Source: Myxococcota bacterium (lineage in GTDB: Bacteria; Myxococcota_A; SURF-8). Taken from it: a stretch of 64,000 nucleotides of DNA. Both the position numbers and the translations under genes were made by a program. Below are positions 39,901-48,953 of this stretch, piece after piece; the stretch's first letter is position 1, and every line of letters starts with the position of its first letter. The stretch is taken from NCBI GenBank assembly GCA_965140415.1, contig OZ223209.1:2176001-2240000 (forward strand), read 5' to 3'. Below the pieces are notes generated by a model. The model saw only the letters and a program-made list of their open reading frames with translations. It had not been told where the DNA came from and did not search any database.

Positions 39901-40083
39901 CTCGCTTATGGCACCGGAGTCAGTTATAACGCCGGTGAAGGCACTGAAGCTCAGGATGTGGGGCCGGGCATGAGCCTTGCGCGTAATCCGGATGGCTCGG
40001 ACACGAATGACAATGCCACCGACTTCGCGGCTTGTTCCACCCCGACGCCGGGTGCCAGCAACGCCAGTTGTTTCTCTCGCTAG
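33925..40083 (+). CDS. Giant modular surface lipoprotein (5 OB-like modules, 3 lamin-tail domains, DGD linkers, duplicated Cys-rich unit)
   Basis: AAGGAG RBS and lipobox AMGC. Five TI.DIQN...PR...D modules. LTD motifs VIFTEF.ANP...AEW/FIEL...GTPG and VVINEL...FIEL...PTPG. Confidence 0.9.
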   Translation: MNGPKSNWRIFVVIMAIMMLFVAMGCGATGDTDTDPDGDDESSNESAGDDDTPYVPPASGLTVKDLQNEESVNHPFPGTTVTLNNVVATSLKVVISSNSNLRGFFIADQGGGEYSGIIAVMKSDIDFDPEVGDLLTITGTYVEYCGDPANPEDVCSSQIELTAVPVVTGAGAAPAAQVIANPADVATAGSLRARWEHALVKVENVTVTDSDIGYGEFMVTGDLQVGDLFLQQDDLSFSVVQDQELDSISGFLYLSYGASKLEPRNLEDVVAKSAPTDLTIADIQNPASVNHPSPGPVEVKGIVVASEPFEVSSSGLMGIFVSDQGGGAWSGCMLTWKPTSADETYGYDPPAMAPGMVIDVAGNYTEFCGVSDPLYTHCSTQIELTPYQADKGTVTDTGNTADVPAAAVVSPADIATDGSLSEQYQHSLVRVLNVTVVDNALGYGMFSVDGGLEVDDQFYRYTVPQIGVQYGSLTGFLYTSYDSFKLCPRNADDMDEGPVDGDVDGDVVDGDWDYVDGDGPHELQIRDIQNMNSPYHPSLGPVAVNNVVVTSDPFEVSSSGLMGIFVADQGGGAYTGCMLTWKPTSVDATYGYDPPVMSPGMIINVTGAYTEFCGTGTPYTYCSTQIELTPYQMDKGTVTDTGETTDVPEARLVEPGDVKTGGSDSDKWQHSLVYVQNVTVLDASLGYGMFSVDDGLEVDDQLYRYTLPAVGVEYGILRGFLYTSYDTFKLCPRSVDDMQVGFIDGDIDGDVDGDVVDGDVVDGDVIDGDVVDGDVVDGDVADGDVDPNLTTLAAIQNPNHPNHPALGPVAVNNIVVTSDPFEVSSSGLMGIIISEGEGGPWQNCMLTWKPTSVDATYGYDPPAMSPGMVIDVTGSYAEFCGTGTPYTYCSTQIELTPYQADKGTVTDTGSTASVPAAISVSTGDVKTGGTLAEQWQHALITVSDVFVTDNSVGYGQFLVTDNLVSDALMVDDQLYYYTLPEVEDYYDSLTGFLYTSYNDFKLIPRNAADMVEFTPDGDGVDGDVVDGDVVDGDVVDGDVVDGDVVDGDVVTYPAPGVGEVIFTEFMANPAVLADSNAEWIELVNLTSNTFGLGGMYLCDSYDPNCDVLPDSLVIEPNGRLLFVKSDNSAFNGGLQSDFNFGFDLNNTGDVLRLYVGDSVTGTLIDSVDFTGWTVSSGVANQLDPSAFNATDNDDQGNWCAATSQYEGTGPNLGTPNGDNLDCDAVDGDVIDGDVIDGDVIDGDMIDGDMIDGDMIDGDMVDGDVADCYGYGDCNSACIGAGYDSGMCVDAIQGCACNYDSCSGYVCGDYYDNCSCAAADPCSWQGDDYCDDYCAVVYPDDHFDDSADCSVDGDIDGDVDGDVVDCYGYGDCNSACIGAGYDSGMCVDAIQGCACNYDSCSGYVCGDYYDNCSCAAADPCSWQGDDYCDDYCAVVYPDDHFDDTADCSVDGDVDGDTVDGDTTTYPLPGVGDVIFTEFHPNPNTLSDNNAEFVEVLNLSGDWLSLGGLNLCDSYDGNCAPLPSDLNIGPNARLLFARSSDTGLNGGLTVDAVFDFGMNNDGDQLRLIDGDPTTGTVIDSVDFDAWWITAGAAWQLDPSAYDATMNDDEANWCLATNEYEATGPNYGTPGVENDDCPVIDGDVVDGDIVPTLVTIYEIQNPDDAGHPSEGPVAVNGLVITSDSFVISSSSGLTGVFASETAGGPWSGILLVWTPTASDANGYDPPAMGKGDSVNVVGDYVEYCGGSGTYTSCSTQIELTALVNTGMSSPVPVATTVDAADIATGGSMAEQYQFMLVQVENVEVTDNGLGYGEFTVTGGLRVDDSLYSYTLPANGVNYDTLAGYLYTSYNDFKLLPRDANDMVETLVDGDTVDGDMVDGDAVDGDIEPSEVVINELYYDSDETSDNANVFIELYGIGDLSLSGYSIVAINGSNGDEYSTTDLTGQSIPADGFFVLADSDSGVTNVANADMVSDSVDYQNGADTVQLRYNGTTVDALAYGTGVSYNAGEGTEAQDVGPGMSLARNPDGSDTNDNATDFAACSTPTPGASNASCFSR
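36154..36282 (+). repeat. Intragenic 15-bp tandem repeat encoding DGD(V/I)(V/I/A)
   Basis: GAY-GGY-GAY-GTN-RYN units. Similar tracts at about 36970-37070, 37600-37713 and 39517-39570. Confidence 0.85.
37720..38277 (+). repeat. Near-identical 294-bp tandem duplication of a 14-Cys unit
   Basis: Units start at 37720 and 38014 and have long identical DNA stretches. Confidence 0.9.
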
Positions 40084-40111
40084 TCATAAATAGCCTGAAC
40101 GGTACAGATAC

Positions 40112-42022
40112 ATGCTTCTAACCAAACTTTCCCGATTCGCTGTTGTCCTATGGGCCTTGGGGCTCATATGGGCGGCGGCGGGATGTACGGTGGATGGAAA
40201 CGATGTGCGCTATCCAAAACAGGATTTGCGTATGACCTTCGTTCACACCACCGATTCGCATTCCAAGGTGCTGCCGTTTAAATACATTCCGGTTATGACA
40301 GATGAGAACCTGGGCATCCTGCGTTGCCCCGGCGAGGAACAACTTGCCAACTGCCGGACCTGCTTGCAGTATGAAATCGCGGATCTGGAGGATTCCTCCA
40401 TGAGTCCAACGGTCAGCGAATGCAGCGATTGCATGCAGTTCGTCAAGGACGAAGATGTCTGCCCGGATTGTCTGGCCGGTTCCTATGACAACGAAGCCTG
40501 TTTCGCCTGCATCGATGACGTGCGGATCTCGCAACGTTGCGTGGATTATACCTACGGCGGCGCGGCTCGGGTTGCCTGGGCGATCAACCAGGAACGGGCG
40601 AAAGCCGGGCGCTTCGCTCACGTCGATACCGGGGATTTCTACCAGGGGGCTCCGGTTTTCAACCTGTTTCGAGGAGAAGCGGAAGTCCGTGCCTTGTCGT
40701 TGATGGGTGTGGAAGCTTCGGTCATCGGAAATCATGAGTTCGATGCCGGTGCAGACCGGTTGTCGGAAGTGTTGTACAAATATGCCACTTTCCCGGTTTT
40801 AAACGCGAACTTCATGTGGCAGGCGGCTGATGAACCCGGATCGACCCAGCTTGGGGATCTCGTACAACCCTTCATGATTCGCGATTACAATGGGATTCGC
40901 ATCGGCTATATCGGGCTAGGGAACCTGCGTTCCTTAAATAGCCTTGGCGATGCGGGAAACAGTATGGGCGTTCGCGCCCTGGACACCTTCCAGGTGTTAA
41001 ACGAATACGTTCCGATGATTCGCTCCCAGGTCGATCTGGTCGTGCTTCTTTCTCATCTTGGCGTGAGCGGAGATATGGAGGTCGCAAGCAATATCCCCGG
41101 CATCGATCTGATTTTCGGCGGGCACGACCACGTCGTCATCAATCCTCCGGCGCAGGTGAAAAACCCGGATGGGCGCACGACACTGATCGTTCACTCCGGT
41201 GTCAATTACAAATGTATCGCACGTTTGGATATCACCGTGCGCTACGATGGGGACGGTATCGGCGCTCACATTCTTTCCCACGATTACACCGTGATTCCCA
41301 TTTCGAGTGAAACCGATTCTCTGGGTGAGCCGCTAGTCGGCGAAGATCCCATGGTTTCGAATATGTTGTACGACTACAAATTCGAACTGGATCGCGCTCA
41401 GAATCTGGAATATGAAATCGGCACGGCCACTGCGGATTTCCCTCGCTATGCGCCGGGAGATTCGCCGCTTGGAAACCTGGTCGCTACGGCGATGAGGCAA
41501 CGCCAGCGCATCGAAACCGATTTCTCCGTGACCAATTCCCTGGGTATCCGCGCCGATCTGTACAAGGGACCGATTACGGTTGGAAAGATGTATGAAATCT
41601 TCCCCTTTGAAAACACCGTGACGACCATGTATTTGTCGGCCCCGGAGTTGTATCGATTGTTCGATTACATCGCGGGGCGTACGGCGGCTTACGGTTGCAA
41701 AACCCAGGTGCAGATTTCCGGTGCAAAAACCGTGCTGAACTGTTCGTTGGGACGGGTGAAGGAACTGAGCATCAACAACATCAAGATCGTCGATTGCTAC
41801 AAGCTGGTGGAGAAGTCTGCGGTCTTCAGTATGGCGACCAATGACTATATCGCCAACGGCGGTTCCGGTTTCGACATTCTGGAGCAGAATACCACCAAAA
41901 TGGACACCATGTTGTCCCTGCGTGACGTGGTGCTGGATTACATCGAGCAAGAACAGGAAATTTCGCCCATCGAGGATGGACGAATTACTCTGATCAAAGA
42001 GGAGACGGAAACGTGCGACTAA
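40112..42022 (+). CDS. Bifunctional metallophosphatase/5'-nucleotidase lipoprotein (UshA-like)
   Basis: Lipobox AAGC. TDSHS, DTGD, GNHEFD, LSHLG and GGHDH. C-domain GIRADL, FPFEN and GGSGF. Confidence 0.93.
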   Translation: MLLTKLSRFAVVLWALGLIWAAAGCTVDGNDVRYPKQDLRMTFVHTTDSHSKVLPFKYIPVMTDENLGILRCPGEEQLANCRTCLQYEIADLEDSSMSPTVSECSDCMQFVKDEDVCPDCLAGSYDNEACFACIDDVRISQRCVDYTYGGAARVAWAINQERAKAGRFAHVDTGDFYQGAPVFNLFRGEAEVRALSLMGVEASVIGNHEFDAGADRLSEVLYKYATFPVLNANFMWQAADEPGSTQLGDLVQPFMIRDYNGIRIGYIGLGNLRSLNSLGDAGNSMGVRALDTFQVLNEYVPMIRSQVDLVVLLSHLGVSGDMEVASNIPGIDLIFGGHDHVVINPPAQVKNPDGRTTLIVHSGVNYKCIARLDITVRYDGDGIGAHILSHDYTVIPISSETDSLGEPLVGEDPMVSNMLYDYKFELDRAQNLEYEIGTATADFPRYAPGDSPLGNLVATAMRQRQRIETDFSVTNSLGIRADLYKGPITVGKMYEIFPFENTVTTMYLSAPELYRLFDYIAGRTAAYGCKTQVQISGAKTVLNCSLGRVKELSINNIKIVDCYKLVEKSAVFSMATNDYIANGGSGFDILEQNTTKMDTMLSLRDVVLDYIEQEQEISPIEDGRITLIKEETETCD

Positions 42023-43137
42023 GCGCGCTACTATTAAGTGCTCTTCTGCTTATGGCCTTATTCGGCTGTGAGAAGGGAGAGCAACTGCAAATCGAGAGCG
42101 GCGTGACCAGCCTACGGGTGACGCTGTTAAGTGATTCCGGTTCCAGCGAGCAGCCTTTGGATGCCACCGATGGCTTGACGTTGAACGTAAAAGTAGAAGC
42201 CCTGGACAATACCGGAGCGGTTGTCCCGAGTTACGATGGGGTTTTGAGATTCGACGCAAAACCGGGATTTATCGGACGCAACGGCTGGGAAGAACTGGAA
42301 GTCACTTCGGGAGATACCGTCTCCCTGGCGTTTAAGCGGGGCTTTGGGGCCGCACGCATTCAGGCTGTGGATGCAGAGCGCCAGTTGGTGGGGGTTTCGG
42401 AAACCTTTTATCTTCCAGAGCCGACGATTTCCACCATTCAGAGCACCGTTGGCGATATCGACGGCTCCCCTTGGGGCGGCTCGTTTCTGCGCATCGAAAG
42501 CGGGCGTATCGTCGTAACCCACAAAACCATCGGTGGGTTTTACGCAACGGATGTCTCCGATGACTCTTACAACCATATCTATGTATACACGCACGGGATA
42601 CCTTCGCTGGAGCGAGGGGACGTCTTAAGCTGGGTCAGCGGAACGGTCAGCGAATTCTACGGCTTGACTGAATTGGCGTTTCCCGAATACGAAATCGAAT
42701 GCAGTTATTATCCCGTGCCTGAACCGATTGCAATTACCGCGGATATGATGTCCGGTACCAGCTTCGACCGAAATAAAATGGAAGATCTGGAAGCCGGTTT
42801 GGTCGTTCTGGAAAACGCGCGCGTGCGTAACGTCGATGCGGTGGACTTTTTCACCTATGGGCAGTGGGTGGCGCATACCGCAGATGGTGTGGCCATCACG
42901 GTGCTGTCTCGCGAGGCGTTGCCGTCTTTCGATCCCTCGCTTTGCCTAGAAGGCACCTCGTTTACGCGCATCGTGGGAAATCTTCGCCAGCACTGGGCAG
43001 CGGATACGGACTGGATCGTCGTGCCGCGCGATCCCTGCGACGTGCAGACCGAATCGACGAAGGAAGCCTGTGTGCTGACACCGCCGGATTATTGCACGGT
43101 CCCGACACCGGAAACGACCTGTACTTTCGAAGATTGA
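42013..43137 (+). CDS. Lipoprotein with OB-fold-like module
   Basis: Lipobox LFGC. TISTIQ, GFYATD, GDVLSWVSGTVSEFYGLTEL, E.LEAGLV.LEN and PRDPCD, i.e. the same module type as in the giant protein. Overlaps the upstream stop. Confidence 0.78.
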   Translation: MRLSALLLSALLLMALFGCEKGEQLQIESGVTSLRVTLLSDSGSSEQPLDATDGLTLNVKVEALDNTGAVVPSYDGVLRFDAKPGFIGRNGWEELEVTSGDTVSLAFKRGFGAARIQAVDAERQLVGVSETFYLPEPTISTIQSTVGDIDGSPWGGSFLRIESGRIVVTHKTIGGFYATDVSDDSYNHIYVYTHGIPSLERGDVLSWVSGTVSEFYGLTELAFPEYEIECSYYPVPEPIAITADMMSGTSFDRNKMEDLEAGLVVLENARVRNVDAVDFFTYGQWVAHTADGVAITVLSREALPSFDPSLCLEGTSFTRIVGNLRQHWAADTDWIVVPRDPCDVQTESTKEACVLTPPDYCTVPTPETTCTFED

Positions 43138-43187
43138 TGAAAGCTTGAGACTATTGAAAACGATCAACTGGAATCGCTAACCTAAAA

Positions 43188-45056
43188 ATGGAAAAGATTA
43201 TGATGACTTGGTTCAAACCCTTTTTGGTAACGATGCTTCTTTTACTTGCTTTCCCGCTTATGTCGTATGCACAGAGCGATCAGGAAGCAGTGCAAGGCAG
43301 CGTGGGGCAGCCTGATGCCGCAACGAGTAGCGCGCCCTCTGATACGACGGCAACCGAGCCTGCGGTTGAAAATGAGGCTCCTGCGGCTACGACGACGGAA
43401 ACGGAAAAGGCAGAAGTCGAACCGGCAGCCGCTGAACCGGCAGAGGTCGAACAGGCAAATGCTGTTACCGAGCAACCGGATGAAGCCGAGAAAGCTTTAG
43501 CCGATACGCTGGCAGATGCCGAAGAGGCGAAAACGAACTCGGAAACTCCCAAGGCTCCCGGTTTCGACTGGCGGGAATTCATCGATACCAAGCTGAGCAT
43601 CTCCTACGCGGATGACAACATGTTGGAAAACAACGAGTTCTCGCCATCGTTCGGTATCGGGCAGCAAAACACCAGCGATTTTACCGGCAACACCGGTGAA
43701 TTGCAGCCCAACGAGATCAACCATACCCATCTGGTTGTCCATCACAAAGGCGAAGGTTATCTGCCGGGGATCATGACCGAAGCGGCGATGGTGCTGAAAC
43801 TGAGCGTCACCACCGATCCTACCACCGGTAGTGCGGATACGGGTATTTCCGATGACGGCAGCTTTTTGCGTTTCGGTTATATTTTCAAACAGGGCACCGA
43901 TGAAGAAATGATGCTCGACGTCACCGGTTTTCCCTTCGATGCCGAACGCTTTTTGCTGGGATTCCATTACGACTTGAGCTGGGGTGGTGAGGCGTCCTTC
44001 CCGCAGAATTCCGATTCCGTGCCGGGAGTTCGCCTGGGATTCACCCATCCCCGTTTTTACTTCTTCGCCGGGATGAAAACGCACCTGCAACCCAAGAAAG
44101 ACAAGCTCAACACCGAACGTGTTCCCACCGAGCGGGTCTATGCCGGTTTGTTCGGTGCGGGCGTCACGTTGTACGACGGATTGATGCTGGAAGCCAATGG
44201 CGGCGTTTTCGAAAAGGGCGACAACCCCAACATGCCGGAAGTCACCGGCGAAGGCGGTCGCGACGACATCCTGTCGGGCGGCATTTCCACGCGCCTGTCC
44301 TATTCGTATGGAATTCCGATCGGGGATCGCATGGATCTGCGCCTGTATCAGAACGATCCGCGCAAGATGCTGGATCTGGTGCGCAACGACGAATACGAAC
44401 CGGGTCGCTTTTCCGCCATGGTTTCGGCGGAGTACGCTTTCCTGACACAGAACCTGCAAGATCCCGACAAGCCCGATGGCACCAAGGCGTTTAATGCCAT
44501 GGCCGCGCATGTCGGATTGAAACTGAAATACGATTATCTGCGTATCCATTTGGAAGGCGCTTATCGAAGCCTGGAATTTTTGCTGTTCAACACTCCCGGC
44601 TATGTTCCTTTCCAGGCCTTTCCCGACTCGGCTAAAACACGCCCGGAACTGTACGGTGTGATTTCATTGGATTATTACATCAAGCAAGCTTACCTGACCT
44701 TGGGATTGACGGCGGGCTACAAGATCCCGGCGACCTATCAAGGGGATGACGGTGTGCCGATTTCGGTCGTAAAACGTCCGACTGCAACGACGGCCTACAT
44801 TTCGCCCTTTAACCGCGCGATCGAAATCCTTCCCGACGGCAAAGATGCCTTTGATATCATCGAAGCCAAATTCGACGCCGAATTCGATTTGTCCGATTTC
44901 ATGACCTTCCTGCTGGAAGTCAGTTACACCCTGGATAACAACCGCGTCAAGCTGGCGACCTCGCCCAATAACAGCGAAACACTGTATAAGAAATTCGAGG
45001 ACGACAACGTTACCAATCGCCTGGGGCTGGCGATTGTCGTGCAGGCGGCGTTCTAG
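43188..45056 (+). CDS. Putative outer-membrane beta-barrel protein with acidic Ala/Glu/Thr/Pro N-terminal linker
   Basis: Signal peptide (SYA-Q), many amphipathic strands and C-terminal LAIVVQAAF. Confidence 0.75.
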   Translation: MEKIMMTWFKPFLVTMLLLLAFPLMSYAQSDQEAVQGSVGQPDAATSSAPSDTTATEPAVENEAPAATTTETEKAEVEPAAAEPAEVEQANAVTEQPDEAEKALADTLADAEEAKTNSETPKAPGFDWREFIDTKLSISYADDNMLENNEFSPSFGIGQQNTSDFTGNTGELQPNEINHTHLVVHHKGEGYLPGIMTEAAMVLKLSVTTDPTTGSADTGISDDGSFLRFGYIFKQGTDEEMMLDVTGFPFDAERFLLGFHYDLSWGGEASFPQNSDSVPGVRLGFTHPRFYFFAGMKTHLQPKKDKLNTERVPTERVYAGLFGAGVTLYDGLMLEANGGVFEKGDNPNMPEVTGEGGRDDILSGGISTRLSYSYGIPIGDRMDLRLYQNDPRKMLDLVRNDEYEPGRFSAMVSAEYAFLTQNLQDPDKPDGTKAFNAMAAHVGLKLKYDYLRIHLEGAYRSLEFLLFNTPGYVPFQAFPDSAKTRPELYGVISLDYYIKQAYLTLGLTAGYKIPATYQGDDGVPISVVKRPTATTAYISPFNRAIEILPDGKDAFDIIEAKFDAEFDLSDFMTFLLEVSYTLDNNRVKLATSPNNSETLYKKFEDDNVTNRLGLAIVVQAAF

Positions 45057-45082
45057 GTTGTTCCTTGTTGTTTCGTTTTCAT

Positions 45083-45110
45083 GCGCCGGTTCATTCCGGC
45101 GTTTTTTCTT
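45083..45110 (+). terminator. Intrinsic terminator closing the 33.9-45 kb block
   Basis: GCGCCGG-TTCATT-CCGGCGT followed by TTTTTCTT. Confidence 0.75.
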
Positions 45111-45141
45111 TGTGTGTTGATGTGGCATAGGATGATTCGAC

Positions 45142-45228
45142 GGGTGGCATTGGACAAGAGAAGAGAAACGGAGCTTGCCCATGGGGCTCTTGAACACGGG
45201 CAAGCCTGCGGCTTAGCCCGCGCCACCC
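45142..45228 (-). repeat. REP-like palindromic element (inverted orientation)
   Basis: Reverse complement GGGTGGCGCGGGCTAAGCC-GCA-GGCTTGCCCGTG...CATGGGCAAGCTCC...GCCACCC matches the 26711 copy. Confidence 0.75.
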
Positions 45229-45352
45229 TGAAATCGGACAAGTTTGCAACTGCTTGTGATGCATCCATGGCATAGGATGATTATTAGCTCTGCTTGTGGC
45301 TTTTGTAACCTCATGATACTATTAATCACGATTTAGGGTTTTCCAGAATGGG

Positions 45353-46561
45353 GTGATCGGCATGGTGGTGGTGCGCCATAATATCAATTTCGGTTTGCAG
45401 GAAATTAGGGCGATTGCACATGATCTGCTGCGCTCGGATGTCTGCTTCGGGGAACACGTTGTTGCTTTTGAGGAGGAGTTCGCGGCCTATCACGGTGTGG
45501 CATATGCCCGCAGTTTCGGATCCTGCCGCTCGGCCTTGTACACAGTGCTTCAATCGCTGGATTTAGCTGCCGGTGCGGAAGTCGTGGTGCCTGCCTACAG
45601 TTTTTACATCGTTCCGGATATCGTTCGCGCCGCCGGATATGTGCCGGTTTTTGCGGAGAATCATCCTCGAACCTATGCGATGGACCCCGAGAAACTAGAG
45701 GATGTCATTACCGAGAAAACCGCCGCGATAATCGTGGAGCATCCTTTCGGGCAACCCGCTCCCATGCGTGAATTGGCCGAGATCGCTGCGCGTCACGATC
45801 TGCGCCTGATCGAGGATTTCTCCCAGTCGATCGGGGCGGAACTGGCGGGGAAGAAAGTCGGTTCGTTTGCCGACGCCGCCGTGGCCAGTATGGTGCATGG
45901 AAAAAACCTGACGACTTTGGGTGGCGGCATGGCCATCACGGATCGTGCAGAACTTGCTGACAACTGGGAGAAAAGCTATGCGGCTAATACTTCCCCCTCG
46001 CAATCGACTGAAGTGCGTAAGAACGCGCTTTCCGGGCTTTTAAACACCTTTCTTAGTACTCGCCTCGGCTTCACTCTCGGTCCGATGGCTCCGTTCTATC
46101 TGTTGAATCTTGTCGACAGGGGAAAACTGGAGGCGATCTTTACCGAACAACCACAGCCATTCAATCCTGAGCATATCGGGAGACTGTCGAACTTGCAGGC
46201 GCATCTGGGTCGCATTCAGTTGCAGCGGCTAGATAGTCTCAATGAAATTCGTCGTGGACATGCTCTGCGGATCATGCATGGACTGGAAAATGTGGCTGGA
46301 ATCGAACTGCCGGAAGTCGTTTCGGATGGCGTGGGAACCTTCAACGCACTGCCGTTGCGCGTTTTCGATGCGCTGGCTTTTCAACGAAAGCTGCTGATTC
46401 ACGGTGTGGATACGCGCGCCGATTACATGACATTGTATGCCTACGAAAAGGCTTGGAATTGGCACGGTGAGGTGCTGTATCTGCCTTGTCATCCGGGTAT
46501 GACGGACAATGATGTGGACCGTGTGATTCGCATGGTTCGCGCTGTGGCTGTACATTCATGA
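45353..46561 (+). CDS. DegT/DnrJ/EryC1/StrS PLP-dependent aminotransferase
   Basis: FEEEFA, EVVVPAY, H.FGQPA, IEDFSQS.GA, KNLTTLGGG (PLP lysine) and LPCHP. Confidence 0.88.
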   Translation: MIGMVVVRHNINFGLQEIRAIAHDLLRSDVCFGEHVVAFEEEFAAYHGVAYARSFGSCRSALYTVLQSLDLAAGAEVVVPAYSFYIVPDIVRAAGYVPVFAENHPRTYAMDPEKLEDVITEKTAAIIVEHPFGQPAPMRELAEIAARHDLRLIEDFSQSIGAELAGKKVGSFADAAVASMVHGKNLTTLGGGMAITDRAELADNWEKSYAANTSPSQSTEVRKNALSGLLNTFLSTRLGFTLGPMAPFYLLNLVDRGKLEAIFTEQPQPFNPEHIGRLSNLQAHLGRIQLQRLDSLNEIRRGHALRIMHGLENVAGIELPEVVSDGVGTFNALPLRVFDALAFQRKLLIHGVDTRADYMTLYAYEKAWNWHGEVLYLPCHPGMTDNDVDRVIRMVRAVAVHS

Positions 46562-47579
46562 GCGAGCGGACTTCCTCAAAAAGCTCTATGGTGCTTCGTG
46601 TTGCATTCGCAATCCTGCTTGCCGTGTCGCTGGGATGGATTTCCTTACGAAATGTGAAACTCGATTCGTTTCTTCACGCGCTGAGTGACGTGCATGGCGG
46701 CGTGCTGCTGTGTGGCGTGTTGTTCTATGGAGCCGCACTGTACGTTCGTGGCGTTCGCATGCGCATTCTAAGTGGCGGACTGGCAGTGATTTCCTGCTGG
46801 CAGTGGTTTCGTTACACGATGATCGGCATGATGCTGGACAACCTGCTGCCCGCCCATCTCGGGGAAGTGTATCGCGGCTATCTTGCGTGTTCACGGGGGA
46901 AAGTCGCGATCGGTTCCGTGTTGTCGCTTCTGTTTGTAGAGCGCGTCTTCGACGGACTAGTATTGCTCGCATTCTTGTCGGCAGGGTTGATGCTCATTCC
47001 GGCGGAAAATCCCTGGGTGTTGCATCTGCACACCGTATCGCTTGTAGTATTTGGATGTTGCTTGGCTGTGATGATGGTTTTAACGGCCTGGCCGGAGTTG
47101 TGGCGGCGTTTATTGGCATTGCTGGCGCAGCGGCTACCCGCTTCGGTTTCTGAAATCACATGGTATCAGGGCGCTGATGCCTTACAGGCGCTTGGCCAGT
47201 TGCGTTCCATGCGCGTCCTGCTTGGGTCGGCACTGACCAGCTTGTTGCATTGGGCGTTGGAAGCCTGCTTTTACTGGATGCTCTTTCGGGCGTTCGGCAT
47301 CCAGGCGCAATTTCATTGGGGAGTATTGGCGGTTGCTGTAGTGTCACTGGCGACGGCCTTGCCTACGCTTCCCGCCAGTGTGGGCGTATACCACTTTGCC
47401 CTGGTGACGAGTTTGATGCTTTGCGGTGTGGAGACGAGTACCGCATTGGCGGTGGCCGTACTCGGTCATTTATTGGAGCAGGGAATCGAAAACGGGTTGG
47501 GGCTGGCGTTCTGGTTGCAGTCGCGCCGTTCCTTTCCACGCTGGGGAGAAATTAAGGAAGTTTTAAAGAATTCTCAGTA

Positions 47580-47598
<19 letters not shown>
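46558..47598 (+). CDS. Lysylphosphatidylglycerol-synthase TM (UPF0104 flippase-like) membrane protein
   Basis: NLLPAHLGEVYR, VERVFD and LP.LPASVGVYH motifs. Confidence 0.88.

Positions 47599-48924
<1,326 letters not shown>

Positions 48925-48953
<29 letters not shown>

Noticed and set aside
40325-40540. Multiheme cytochrome motif in the nucleotidase
   Set aside because: The CxxC motifs are not followed by His.
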